Source of the DNA: Candidatus Hydrogenedentota bacterium
GTDB lineage: Bacteria; Hydrogenedentota; Hydrogenedentia; Hydrogenedentales; GCA-2746185
Length of the DNA stretch: 16,093 nt
Assembly (NCBI GenBank): GCA_046583315.1
Contig: JAYGCN010000303.1
Location: 1-16,093, forward strand
Direction: 5' to 3'
Shown: piece after piece, positions 1-8,130 of the stretch
Layout of the letters: each line of letters begins with the position of its first letter
How positions within the stretch are numbered: position 1 is the stretch's first letter
Notes under the pieces: generated by a model
What the model was told of the DNA's origin: nothing
Databases searched by the model: none
What the model saw: only the letters and a program-made list of their open reading frames with translations
Made by a program: the position numbers and the translations under genes

Positions 1-22
1 ACCACAAAAGGAACACAGACTG

Positions 23-370
23 ATGGAAGCAACTCAAACGCCAAATACGCTGGTTACCGCGACATCCGATGCCGTAATCGAGCTCAAGAAATTGTTGGAA
101 AACGAAGCCGAGGGCGTCACCGGTGTACGCATGGCCGTTAAAGGCGGCGGATGTTCGGGATTGTCCTACGTGCTCGACTTCGACAAAAAGCGCGACGGCG
201 ACAACGTGCTGATCATCGAAGACGTCAACTTCTACATGGACAAAAAATCCACCATCTACCTCAAAGGCATTCAACTCGACTACAAAGAAGGCCTCAAAGG
301 AAAAGGATTCGTGTTCCAGAATCCCAACGCCTCCAGCACCTGCGGCTGTGGCGAAAGTTTCTCCGTCTAA
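23..370 (+). CDS. HesB/IscA/ErpA family A-type iron-sulfur cluster carrier protein
   Basis: 115 aa with the GGGCSGLSY motif and C-terminal NPNASSTCGCGESFSV, giving the three conserved Cys. AAGGA RBS lies upstream. IscA, SufA and ErpA cannot be told apart here. Confidence 0.95.
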   Translation: MEATQTPNTLVTATSDAVIELKKLLENEAEGVTGVRMAVKGGGCSGLSYVLDFDKKRDGDNVLIIEDVNFYMDKKSTIYLKGIQLDYKEGLKGKGFVFQNPNASSTCGCGESFSV

Positions 371-392
371 CAAACTGCTCAATTAGATTCTC

Positions 393-431
393 ACCGCCCG
401 CCTCGTTTGACGACGACGCGGGCGGTTTTTC
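393..431 (+). terminator. Rho-independent terminator after the Fe-S carrier gene
   Basis: ACCGCCCGC (393-401) pairs with GCGGGCGGT (418-426) and is followed by a T run. It lies 23 bp after the stop and between convergent genes. Confidence 0.8.
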
Positions 432-475
432 GTTCTAGCGCCCATTAGACCGTGAAGCTCTCATTCCTTTCGCCC

Positions 476-940
476 TTAGTATCCGTGGGCCAGCATCACA
501 GAACCGACGTACAAAAGGTACGCCACCGGTACGGCTGCTGCCAAAAAAGACAGAACCCACGCGATGTGAATATAACCCGCTCCTCCCGACATCGAGCCCC
601 GAGACGCATCCGCGCCGAGCAATCGTCGCTGCAGTCGGGTCGCCAGAGAAACTTGATACTTCGCACCACTGTCGCCCGAGTTTTTCTTCGCCTTAGGTCT
701 TTTCGGCGATCTCCCAAATATCGTCATCCAAACAGATTCGCATAACGCGTCAATGGTCACGAGAATCAACGAGACCACCCAAACCATCGCCGCGCCGATG
801 TACACCTCACCAAGGGCCGTTCCGTCTATCGCCCACAAGCCCCTTTTTCGCTGTTCTCTTCTTACCCTTCTGGCTGTCCGTCGCCGTATACGTTCCACGA
901 GCGGTTCGCCATATGAGCGATAACCTTTCTTCCTAAACAT
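476..940 (-). CDS. Hypothetical membrane protein (two hydrophobic segments, Arg/Lys-rich)
   Basis: Open frame 476-994. AGGAG lies 8 nt upstream of the ATG at 940 (MFRKKGY...). Hydrophobic stretches are VYIGAAMVWVVSLILVTI and IAWVLSFLAAAVPVAYLLYVGSVML. It fills the gap between the terminator and a divergent promoter. No family recognised. Confidence 0.5.
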   Translation of the reverse strand: MFRKKGYRSYGEPLVERIRRRTARRVRREQRKRGLWAIDGTALGEVYIGAAMVWVVSLILVTIDALCESVWMTIFGRSPKRPKAKKNSGDSGAKYQVSLATRLQRRLLGADASRGSMSGGAGYIHIAWVLSFLAAAVPVAYLLYVGSVMLAHGY

Positions 941-1048
941 ATCCATCACTCCTCTCATGAATAAATACAACTGCCACCGGTATTTATTCACCAACGCACC
1001 GACACCGGCACCCCTTGCGCCTTTGCGTTAAGCAATCGCACGTCCTTG

Positions 1049-1077
1049 TTGCAGACGCCTGAATACATTGCTACAAT
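1049..1077 (+). promoter_or_regulatory. Putative sigma70 promoter of the HEAT/YbjN-pentapeptide-MBL operon
   Basis: TTGCAG (1049-1054), 17-bp spacer, TACAAT (1072-1077) with an extended TGn. GGAG RBS lies before the ATG at 1096. Confidence 0.6.
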
Positions 1078-1095
1078 CAAAATTTGGAGAAAATT

Positions 1096-1716
1096 ATGAG
1101 CGACGATATTCGTAGAGCGATCAAATCCTTGGGAGACCCGGATACAGGCTGGGTACACCGTCGTGATGCCGTGGAGCTGCTTGCGAAAGCGGTTCACGAT
1201 TCACTTGGCGCGCTGCATGCCCACAAGAATGATTCGGACCGCGATGTACAGACTTCCGTTGCTAAAGCGTTGAACGCCATCGGCATTGACGCGCCTGTTC
1301 CGGTGGATGACGCGGCGTCGCTTGAGAAACTGGTCATGGCGCTCGAAAGTAAAGGCAACCGCGAGGTCTCGAAAACGGATTCGGGTTTCGAGGTCGTCGT
1401 CAATACGAAAAACGGCCGTTCGCAGACGGTCTCCATTGAAGCCACAATTTCCAACACCAAACAGGACGTTATTCGAGTTACGACGATCTGCGGCCCAGCC
1501 AGCGAATCAAGTTATGAGTGGGCCTTGACCAACAACAATAAAATGTCGCACTGTTCCCTGGCGCTCGATAAACGTGACGGAGAGACGTGGCTGGTCCTGG
1601 TGAATAACCACCTTGCAGAGGCGATCACTTTCGAAGAATTGAAACTCACCGTCAAAGAAGTCGCGTTTTACGGCGACTGGGTTGAAGACAAACTCACCGG
1701 AGAAGACAATCACTGA
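1096..1716 (+). CDS. HEAT-repeat N-terminal domain fused to a YbjN/T3SS-chaperone-like domain
   Basis: HEAT-like motifs LGDPDTGWVHRRDAVELL and HKNDSDRDVQTSVAKALNAIG. The C-terminal part (GRSQTVSI...IRVTTICGPA...WALTNNNKMSHCSLAL...VKEVAFYGDWVEDKLTG) follows the YbjN/CesT-like pattern. The ATG at 1096 after GGAG is preferred over the TTG at 1084. Confidence 0.7.
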   Translation: MSDDIRRAIKSLGDPDTGWVHRRDAVELLAKAVHDSLGALHAHKNDSDRDVQTSVAKALNAIGIDAPVPVDDAASLEKLVMALESKGNREVSKTDSGFEVVVNTKNGRSQTVSIEATISNTKQDVIRVTTICGPASESSYEWALTNNNKMSHCSLALDKRDGETWLVLVNNHLAEAITFEELKLTVKEVAFYGDWVEDKLTGEDNH

Positions 1717-2318
1717 TGGCGAATACACACTACGACGCCGAAGCGTGTGCCTATGACGGTTGCGATGACGCGGCACTGACGGGAGCCGATAGGTGTTGGG
1801 CGCATCTGGATGACCAGGCCGGATTCGTTGAGTCGCTCTCCCGCACGGAGCTCTCCGACGCTTCACTCATCAAAGTAGACCTATCTAACCAGGATTTCTC
1901 CGGTATCAACCTCGAGGGCGCGAAACTTTCCGGGGCGAATCTGTCAGGCGCGAATTTTTCGGGCTGCGACGCGAATCACACTCATCTGGACGGCGCGGAT
2001 CTAACAGGCGCGAATTTTTCGAAGGCGCAGTGTGAATTCGCTGTATTCGGCAACGCGGATATGTCCAACGCTGATTTCTCCGGAGCCGATTTACGCCGCT
2101 CGAATCTCGTAGGCACCAAGGGCCACGAAACAAACTTTGATGGAGCACAATTCTACTACTCGCGACCGGGATGCGCGGATTTTCAGCGGGCCACCTTTCG
2201 CGGAGCCGACATCACGCGCGCGATTTTCCGCAAGGCCAATGTTGCCGGCGCCGATTTCACCGGCGCGGAAGGTCAAGCCAATTTCGAGAACGCCAATCGG
2301 GAAGGAGTCATTGAATGA
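1716..2318 (+). CDS. Pentapeptide repeat protein with N-terminal Cys/His (putative Zn-binding) motif
   Basis: Tandem A(D/N)(L/F)xx repeats such as GAKLSGANLSGANFSG and GADLTGANFSKA. The N-terminus carries C-x4-C-x10-C-x2-H. The start overlaps the upstream stop (TGATG). Confidence 0.9.
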   Translation: MANTHYDAEACAYDGCDDAALTGADRCWAHLDDQAGFVESLSRTELSDASLIKVDLSNQDFSGINLEGAKLSGANLSGANFSGCDANHTHLDGADLTGANFSKAQCEFAVFGNADMSNADFSGADLRRSNLVGTKGHETNFDGAQFYYSRPGCADFQRATFRGADITRAIFRKANVAGADFTGAEGQANFENANREGVIE

Positions 2319-2878
2319 TTCTCAAACATTTCAGGCTCAATCCCATCGAAGTGAACACATTCCTCTTTGGATGCTCGGAAACCAAGGAAGTGATGATCAT
2401 CGATCTCGGAGAATGGGACGGGCGCATCCCGCCGTATGTCGAAGAGAACGGCCTGACCGTCAAAAAGATTTTCATCACGCACGATCATGGCGACCACACG
2501 GATGCCGTGCAGGATGCCATCGATCAATTTCATCCCCGCACCATCTCCTGTACGCCAAGCCCCGGCGGAATCACCGTTGATGAAGTCGTGAAACACGGCG
2601 ACACGGTTACCATCGGAAACCTCGAAGGTTACGTCGTCAATACCTCCGGACACACCCCCGTCGGATTCAGCCTCATCTTTCCCGGTATCGTCTTTTCCGG
2701 CGACGCCCTCTTCGCTGGCTCCGTCGGCGGCACTGCAACCCCCGAAACCTACGAGCAACAACTCGGCAACATCCGCGACAACCTCTTCACCCTGCCCGAC
2801 CACTACGAGGTCTACACCGGCCACGGTCCCGCCACGACCATCGGCATTGAGCGGACAAGCAATCCTTTCTTCATATAG
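2315..2878 (+). CDS. MBL-fold metallo-hydrolase (glyoxalase II / YcbL-GloC-like)
   Basis: THDHGDH (HxHxDH), GHTP, FSGDALF, and GHGPATTIGIERTSNPF. ATGA overlap with the pentapeptide gene. Confidence 0.9.
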   Translation: MILKHFRLNPIEVNTFLFGCSETKEVMIIDLGEWDGRIPPYVEENGLTVKKIFITHDHGDHTDAVQDAIDQFHPRTISCTPSPGGITVDEVVKHGDTVTIGNLEGYVVNTSGHTPVGFSLIFPGIVFSGDALFAGSVGGTATPETYEQQLGNIRDNLFTLPDHYEVYTGHGPATTIGIERTSNPFFI

Positions 2879-2981
2879 AGCCCCAGTTCTACTACGATGA
2901 AATAGAATTGCATTCTTATGTGTTATGCCTACGCAGACAGTTCGCAACTAGATATAAGCGGACAAAAATCAAAGGAATAAA

Positions 2982-4079
2982 ATGTACTCCTACATCAAAA
3001 TCTATCCTCTGCTCTTCATAATTATTTCTGTCGTCTCCTGTAACGGGCCGGACAAACAAGATGTGCCACAAGACAGCACTGCTGATTCAGAACCAATTCC
3101 TGTCAACCCAATAGCTGAAGAAGTTGACCTTTCTGACTACGATCATGGGCTCGCTTTTCTGCAACGTACCCCAGTAATAAGTGAATTCGTGCGAAGGATT
3201 TTTCAAGATAGTAGTGGGAATCTATGGCTCGGGACGAATGGCGATGGTGTCGTCCGCTACAATGGAGAATCTCTCGAGTATTTCTCCATCAATGAAGGCT
3301 TCGGTGGACATGCGGTAAGGGGAATCGTCGAGGACGAGGAAGGCAATGTTTGGTTTGGCACTTCTGGAGGGATTACCAAATATGACGGGGATAGGTTTAC
3401 CAATTTCACCGAGCAGGATGGCCTAATCAGTAACAGTGTCTGGAGCATCGTAATTGACAGCAAAGGTATCATCTGGATAGGTACGCTGCAAGGGGTCAGT
3501 CGTTTCGACGGAGAAGTATTTACTCCTTTCGAAATTCCAGAGGCAAAGCCCGACCCTACAAGAGGCATTACAAGTGCAAAAATAGTCCATAGCATCATGG
3601 AAGACAGCAAAGGAAATATGTGGTTTGGCACCAATGGAGGCGCCTATATCTACGATGGGCAAACCTTAACCAATCTTTCAGTAAAAGATGGCCTGCCCGA
3701 AAATAATGTAAATTCCATATTGGAAGACAAGAACGGTGATTTTTGGTTCGCGACTCCTCACAAGGGGGTCTGCCGCTGGGATGGAACATCGTTCACCCAC
3801 ATCACCGCAGAGGACGGCGTGAATGGCATTGAGGCGTGGAGTCTATTTGAAGATAAATCGGGTAACATCTGGTTTCCTGTTGAAGGGTTTGGTTTGTATC
3901 GCTACGATGGACAGTCCTTTACCAATTTCCACAGAAAACAAGGCCTTGCCACTCATGCGATACAGAGTGCCTATGAAGATAAAGAAGGGCGACTTTGGTT
4001 TGGCGGTTGGTTAGGACTCTTTCGCTACGATGGCGAAACTTTTGTCAGTGTTACCAAGAATGGTCCTTGGGCAAAATAA
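2982..4079 (+). CDS. Lipoprotein with two-component regulator propeller (Reg_prop) beta-propeller repeats
   Basis: Signal peptide ending in a lipobox-like VVSC. About seven repeats of IxEDxxGNxWFGTxxGxxRYDGxxFTxF. AAGGA RBS. No kinase or transmembrane output domain. Confidence 0.88.
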   Translation: MYSYIKIYPLLFIIISVVSCNGPDKQDVPQDSTADSEPIPVNPIAEEVDLSDYDHGLAFLQRTPVISEFVRRIFQDSSGNLWLGTNGDGVVRYNGESLEYFSINEGFGGHAVRGIVEDEEGNVWFGTSGGITKYDGDRFTNFTEQDGLISNSVWSIVIDSKGIIWIGTLQGVSRFDGEVFTPFEIPEAKPDPTRGITSAKIVHSIMEDSKGNMWFGTNGGAYIYDGQTLTNLSVKDGLPENNVNSILEDKNGDFWFATPHKGVCRWDGTSFTHITAEDGVNGIEAWSLFEDKSGNIWFPVEGFGLYRYDGQSFTNFHRKQGLATHAIQSAYEDKEGRLWFGGWLGLFRYDGETFVSVTKNGPWAK

Positions 4080-4181
4080 TTCAATCGACCGACTGATCTG
4101 CGTTTCGTATGCAGGAAAGCCCTCTATAGTTAATTCCTTCACTATCAGCGGGCGTCGAAATTCCATCTGACGGCGTCGCTG

Positions 4182-4190
4182 TGTTATACT
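4182..4190 (+). promoter_or_regulatory. Putative extended -10 promoter for fbaA
   Basis: TG-T-TATACT about 100 bp upstream of the fbaA ATG. AAGGAG RBS at 4281-4286. Confidence 0.45.
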
Positions 4191-4293
4191 CTGCGCTTCC
4201 TGAGCACGGCCCATTGCACAAGTTTCACCTGTATCCGGGCGGCCGTCTCCCCAAGTATTGATCAATCGGCGCACTGCGCCAAGGAGTGGCTAA

Positions 4294-5319
4294 ATGCCCA
4301 TCGTAAATTTTGAATCCTACGGAAAAATGCTGGACCGCGCCAAAAAGGGCGGGTTCGCTTATCCGGCCATCAACGTCACCAGTAACGAGACCATCAACGC
4401 GGCCCTTAAAGGCTTCGCGGACGCTAAGTCGGACGGTATTATCCAGGTATCCACGGGTGGTGGACAGTTCGCTTCGGGTTCGCTGAACGACATGGTCGTC
4501 GGTGCGATTTCCCTGGCTGACCACGCTCAGGCCATGGCCGCCCACTACGATGTACACATCGCCCTGCACACCGACCATTGCGTGCCGGAAAAGGTTGAGA
4601 CCTTCCTCAAGCCGCTCATCGAAGAGACCGCACGCCGTCGCGCTACCGGTCGTCCGAACTTGTACAACTCCCACATGCACGATGGTTCTGCGTTGCCGCT
4701 CAAGGAAAATATGGAGCAGGCCGTCGAAATCATGAAGCTGTGTAAAGAAAACGACATCATCCTCGAAATCGAAGCCGGTGTGGTTGGCGGAGAAGAAGAC
4801 GGCATCGACAACACCGACGTCGCCGCTGAAAAACTCTTCACCACTCCCGAAGACATGGTCGCTGTACACGAAGCCCTCAGCCCCATCGGCGGACGCTTCA
4901 TGTTTGCCGCCACCTTCGGCAACGTCCATGGCGTATACAAACCCGGGAACGTGCAACTCACGCCGTCCATCCTCAAAGACGGACAAGAAGCCGTCGTCGC
5001 CAAACACGGACAAGACGCTCACTTCGACCTCGTGTTCCACGGTGGTTCAGGGTCCACCCAAGAAGAAATCCACGAGACCCTCAACTACGGCGTCATCAAG
5101 ATGAACGTCGACACCGATTGCCAGTACACCTTCACGCGCCCCATCGTCGACCACATCATGAAAAACTACGACGGCGTCCTGCGCATCGAAGGCGAAATGG
5201 GCAACAAAAAAGTTTACGACCCGCGCTCCTACCTCAAAGCCGGTATCGCCGGCATGGCCGCCCGCGTACAACAAGCCTGCGACGACTTGAAATCAACAGG
5301 CACCAGCATGGGGCGCTAG
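4294..5319 (+). CDS. fbaA: Class II fructose-bisphosphate aldolase
   Basis: FAYPAINVT, ALHTDHC, LEIEAGVVGGEEDG, ATFGNVHGVYKPG, LVFHGGSG, KMNVDTD and KKVYDPRSYL. 341 aa with AAGGAG RBS. Confidence 0.97.
   Translation: MPIVNFESYGKMLDRAKKGGFAYPAINVTSNETINAALKGFADAKSDGIIQVSTGGGQFASGSLNDMVVGAISLADHAQAMAAHYDVHIALHTDHCVPEKVETFLKPLIEETARRRATGRPNLYNSHMHDGSALPLKENMEQAVEIMKLCKENDIILEIEAGVVGGEEDGIDNTDVAAEKLFTTPEDMVAVHEALSPIGGRFMFAATFGNVHGVYKPGNVQLTPSILKDGQEAVVAKHGQDAHFDLVFHGGSGSTQEEIHETLNYGVIKMNVDTDCQYTFTRPIVDHIMKNYDGVLRIEGEMGNKKVYDPRSYLKAGIAGMAARVQQACDDLKSTGTSMGR
5110..5174 (+). repeat. Direct repeat copy 1 (inside fbaA, codons DTDCQYTFTRPIVDHIMKNYDG)
   Basis: 61/65 nt identical to 8131-8195 by manual alignment. 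Confidence 0.95.
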
Positions 5320-5356
5320 GCATCGCGTACAGAAACACACCTTCTAAGCGATCTAC

Positions 5357-5396
5357 ACAGGCTCCTCACCCGATGGGTGGGGAGCCTGTTTTATTT
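5357..5396 (+). terminator. Rho-independent terminator between convergent fbaA and esterase genes
   Basis: ACAGGCTCCTCACCC-GAT-GGGTGGGGAGCCTGT forms a 15-bp stem with one G-U pair and is followed by TTTATTT. It may also act on the opposite strand. Confidence 0.88.
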
Positions 5397-6530
5397 CTAA
5401 TCAGTTTCGAGAGAGCCTTCGAGATGTTGTTCGAAGAAATTGAAGAGTAGATCGAGGCTACCTTGGGCAACGTCTGCGTCGGACTCGCGAACTTTGGGAA
5501 GGATGGTCCTCACGGTGAGTCCGTGGAGTTGCGCACGTGCTTCGATGAGTTGGGCGTGTAAGGGGTCGTGTTGAATTTCGCCCACGGTGACGGGTCGTTT
5601 GGCCTCGAGGCTGCAGAAGATAAAGGTGGGCGGATCGTCGGGGCTGATAAGGTTGATCAGGTCAACATCGGCGCGTGCGGCATCCCCCGTTTTACCGGCG
5701 TATTGTTCAGGGGTCAGCCCGTAGAATCCAGAAAAGTCATCACCCCTTCCCCTGATTTCCGCGTAATCCTTGGTGTCGTCGCCGTAGCGCTTCTTGAATT
5801 CGATGTCCCAGTGGGCGATATCGTAGGTGTATTGTCCGTTCAACATGCCGACGGCGGCGAGGCGGGTGGATTCGCGCAGGACGGGGTCCGCGTTGTCGGG
5901 GTCAGCGAGGTCGTCGTGGTAGCCGATAAACAGGCTGGTGCCTGCGCCGGCAGATCCGCCGTACATGGCGATGCGTGGCTTGTCGAGGTTGTAGTCAGCG
6001 GCCAAATGGCGGATGTGTTGCACGGCGCGTGCGGAGTCGCGAAGTACGTTGTTGATACTGGTCTTCTGAGGATCGTTGACATCTTCGGGTGAAGTGTACG
6101 CGAATCGGTAGTTGATGGCGGCGAAGGCGAGTCCGGCGTCGAGCGCGTTCTGGACGATGTGTTTGGTGCGAACCCCCTGCTTGTCGCCGCCACGGAATCC
6201 ACCGCCGTGGGTAAAGATGATCAGCGCGGTGGGTGTGTCTGACTCAGGCAACCAGATATCGTAGACGTTTCGATCGTAGGGGCCGTACTTCACGTTCTCG
6301 AGTGTCGGTTCAGGTGCGACAATCTTGGGCGGTTTGCGTTTGGCCTGACGCGCTTTACGGAATTCGGCACCTTCGGCCTGCGTGAGAATCCCGTCGCCGT
6401 CGGTGTCGGCTTGAGGGAAGCGTTCGAGTGCGCCGCGGAGTCGTTCGTCGTTCTCGGATGTGGCCTGCGCGAAAGTTGTTGTCGGGAGCAGCAGGGCCAG
6501 GGCGATGAGTATTCGCATGGACATCTTCAT
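5397..6530 (-). CDS. Secreted alpha/beta hydrolase (HGGG-type, BD-FAE-like carboxylesterase) with N-terminal EF-hand-like motif
   Basis: Signal peptide MRILIALALLLPTTTFA/Q, DTDGDGILTQAE, oxyanion HGGGFRGGDK, nucleophile elbow GGSAG, and a His candidate in QHDPLH. GAGG RBS upstream. Confidence 0.88.
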   Translation of the reverse strand: MKMSMRILIALALLLPTTTFAQATSENDERLRGALERFPQADTDGDGILTQAEGAEFRKARQAKRKPPKIVAPEPTLENVKYGPYDRNVYDIWLPESDTPTALIIFTHGGGFRGGDKQGVRTKHIVQNALDAGLAFAAINYRFAYTSPEDVNDPQKTSINNVLRDSARAVQHIRHLAADYNLDKPRIAMYGGSAGAGTSLFIGYHDDLADPDNADPVLRESTRLAAVGMLNGQYTYDIAHWDIEFKKRYGDDTKDYAEIRGRGDDFSGFYGLTPEQYAGKTGDAARADVDLINLISPDDPPTFIFCSLEAKRPVTVGEIQHDPLHAQLIEARAQLHGLTVRTILPKVRESDADVAQGSLDLLFNFFEQHLEGSLETD

Positions 6531-6689
6531 GTATTAACCTCGTCTTGTTGTGTTTTGGCGAACGATTCGCGCGATGCGATTTTCTTGCACGTTGCCATTG
6601 TATCGAAAGCAACAGTCTGGAAAAAAGCCGACGGCATGAGTGGCGAGTTTTTCGACTTGCCCCTACTTTCTATAGCCGAAGGGCTAGGG

Positions 6690-6695
6690 TATAAT
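6690..6695 (+). promoter_or_regulatory. Putative -10 element for the BNR-4 gene
   Basis: Perfect TATAAT about 35 bp upstream of the start. AAGGAG RBS at 6722-6727. The -35 element is weak. Confidence 0.4.
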
Positions 6696-6731
6696 TGGTA
6701 ATTCTTATTTGCCCATTAGTGAAGGAGCGTT

Positions 6732-8129
6732 GTGTTGAATTGTAAATTCTTATCCCGACTTGGATGGGCAATGGCCGTCGTGCTCACGAGCATGCATGTG
6801 TTCGCCACCGAGTTTGACGCTCCGAAAGTAGTAGATGTCGCCGATGTCGCTGTGGCGTGGTCGGGGCATTCTGTGGGCTATTGTCTGTTGACCGAAGGTG
6901 AACATCAGTTCGTGGCCTATTATGACCACGAGCGCAAGATGACGATCGCGCAACGCAACGTCGGTAGCGACCGGTGGACCTTTCACGTGTTGCCGCATCG
7001 CGTAAATTGGGATAGTCACCACTACATCACGATGGCGCTCGATCAGCGTGGTCATCTACATGTCAGCGGAAATATGCACAGCGACCCGCTCATCTATTAC
7101 CGCACGACAAAACCCTTCGACATCTCGACCTTGCAACGCGAAAAGTCGATGGTTGGATCAGACGAACTTAAGGTGACCTATCCGCAGTTCATCAAGAACG
7201 CCGACGAAGAACTCCTTTTTCTCTATCGCGACGGGAAGTCAGGAGACGGTGTTCAACTGGTCAACCACTATGATGCAACCCAGGATTCGTGGACGCGCCT
7301 TTTATCGACTCCGCTGTTTGATGGATTGGGAAAGGTGAGTTCCTATCCGGAAGGGCCTGTGCTTGGGCCGGACGGATATTTTCACTTAATTTGGGTCTGG
7401 CGTGTGCACGGCGGATGCGAAACGAATCATCATCTCAGCTACGCGCGAAGCCGGGATATGACCCATTGGGAGACCGCAGGCGGCAAGTCCATCACGCTAC
7501 CCATCACGCCGGAGTCAAGCGGGACCATCATTGATCCGGTACCCGTAGAAGGCGGGATGATCAATGAGTCCACGGTGGTGGGTTTTGATTCCAAGGGTCG
7601 TACAATCCTCTCGTATCACAAGTTTGATGCGGAAGGAAACACGCAGATTTACAATGCGCGTTACGAAGACGATGCGTGGAATATTGTGCAGACCAGCGAC
7701 TGGGACCACCGATGGTTTTTCAGTGGCGGAGGCACCATCGAGGTCGATGTGGATCTCGGACCCGTACGCGTGTCACGGGACGGTACGCTGACACAGGGCT
7801 TTTATCACGTGAAGCACGGCGCCGGATTGTGGGTACTGGATGACGCGACGCTGAAGCCGATCGACACACTACCCGCCGGGAAATCCATTCTGGCACAGGA
7901 GAACACACCCGAAAGCGATTATCCGGACATGCGTGTGCGGTGGAAAGAAGATGAAAATCAGTCCGCCCACGACGGTGCGCGCTACTTCTTACGCTGGGAA
8001 GCTCCCCTCGTCTCCCGCGACCAACGCCGGGAAAACGTGGCCGACCCGACCACCTTGCGCGTCTACCACATCCAGAATCCCACCCTGTTTGATCCGCGCA
8101 TGTCCTGCATTCATGACGGGTACTTCTAG
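6732..8129 (+). CDS. Secreted BNR-4 repeat beta-propeller protein, PL25 (ulvan lyase)-like
   Basis: Signal peptide. Motifs QFVAYYD, WDSHHYITMALDQRGHLHVSGNMH, VTYPQF, LYRDGKSGDG, FHLIWVWR...CETNHHLSYARSRD and YHKFDAEGNTQIY are typical of BNR_4 family proteins. Confidence 0.82.
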   Translation: MLNCKFLSRLGWAMAVVLTSMHVFATEFDAPKVVDVADVAVAWSGHSVGYCLLTEGEHQFVAYYDHERKMTIAQRNVGSDRWTFHVLPHRVNWDSHHYITMALDQRGHLHVSGNMHSDPLIYYRTTKPFDISTLQREKSMVGSDELKVTYPQFIKNADEELLFLYRDGKSGDGVQLVNHYDATQDSWTRLLSTPLFDGLGKVSSYPEGPVLGPDGYFHLIWVWRVHGGCETNHHLSYARSRDMTHWETAGGKSITLPITPESSGTIIDPVPVEGGMINESTVVGFDSKGRTILSYHKFDAEGNTQIYNARYEDDAWNIVQTSDWDHRWFFSGGGTIEVDVDLGPVRVSRDGTLTQGFYHVKHGAGLWVLDDATLKPIDTLPAGKSILAQENTPESDYPDMRVRWKEDENQSAHDGARYFLRWEAPLVSRDQRRENVADPTTLRVYHIQNPTLFDPRMSCIHDGYF

Positions 8130-8130
8130 G

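Noticed and set aside
1900..2300. Short DNA repeats (GGCGCGAATTT-like) as a CRISPR or tandem array; likewise TGGTTTGGCAC in the Reg_prop gene
   Set aside because: Fully explained by protein-level pentapeptide and propeller repeats. No constant repeat-spacer periodicity.
2922..4100. Reg_prop gene as an integron cassette (GTTATGC upstream)
   Set aside because: No complementary inverse core site or attC-like palindrome after the stop codon.
4225..5274. Long antisense ORFs over fbaA (likewise 2273-2947, 5568-6092, 13780-14862, 15224-15679, 15701-16051)
   Set aside because: Shadow frames of well-supported genes on the opposite strand, expected from codon bias in GC-rich DNA.
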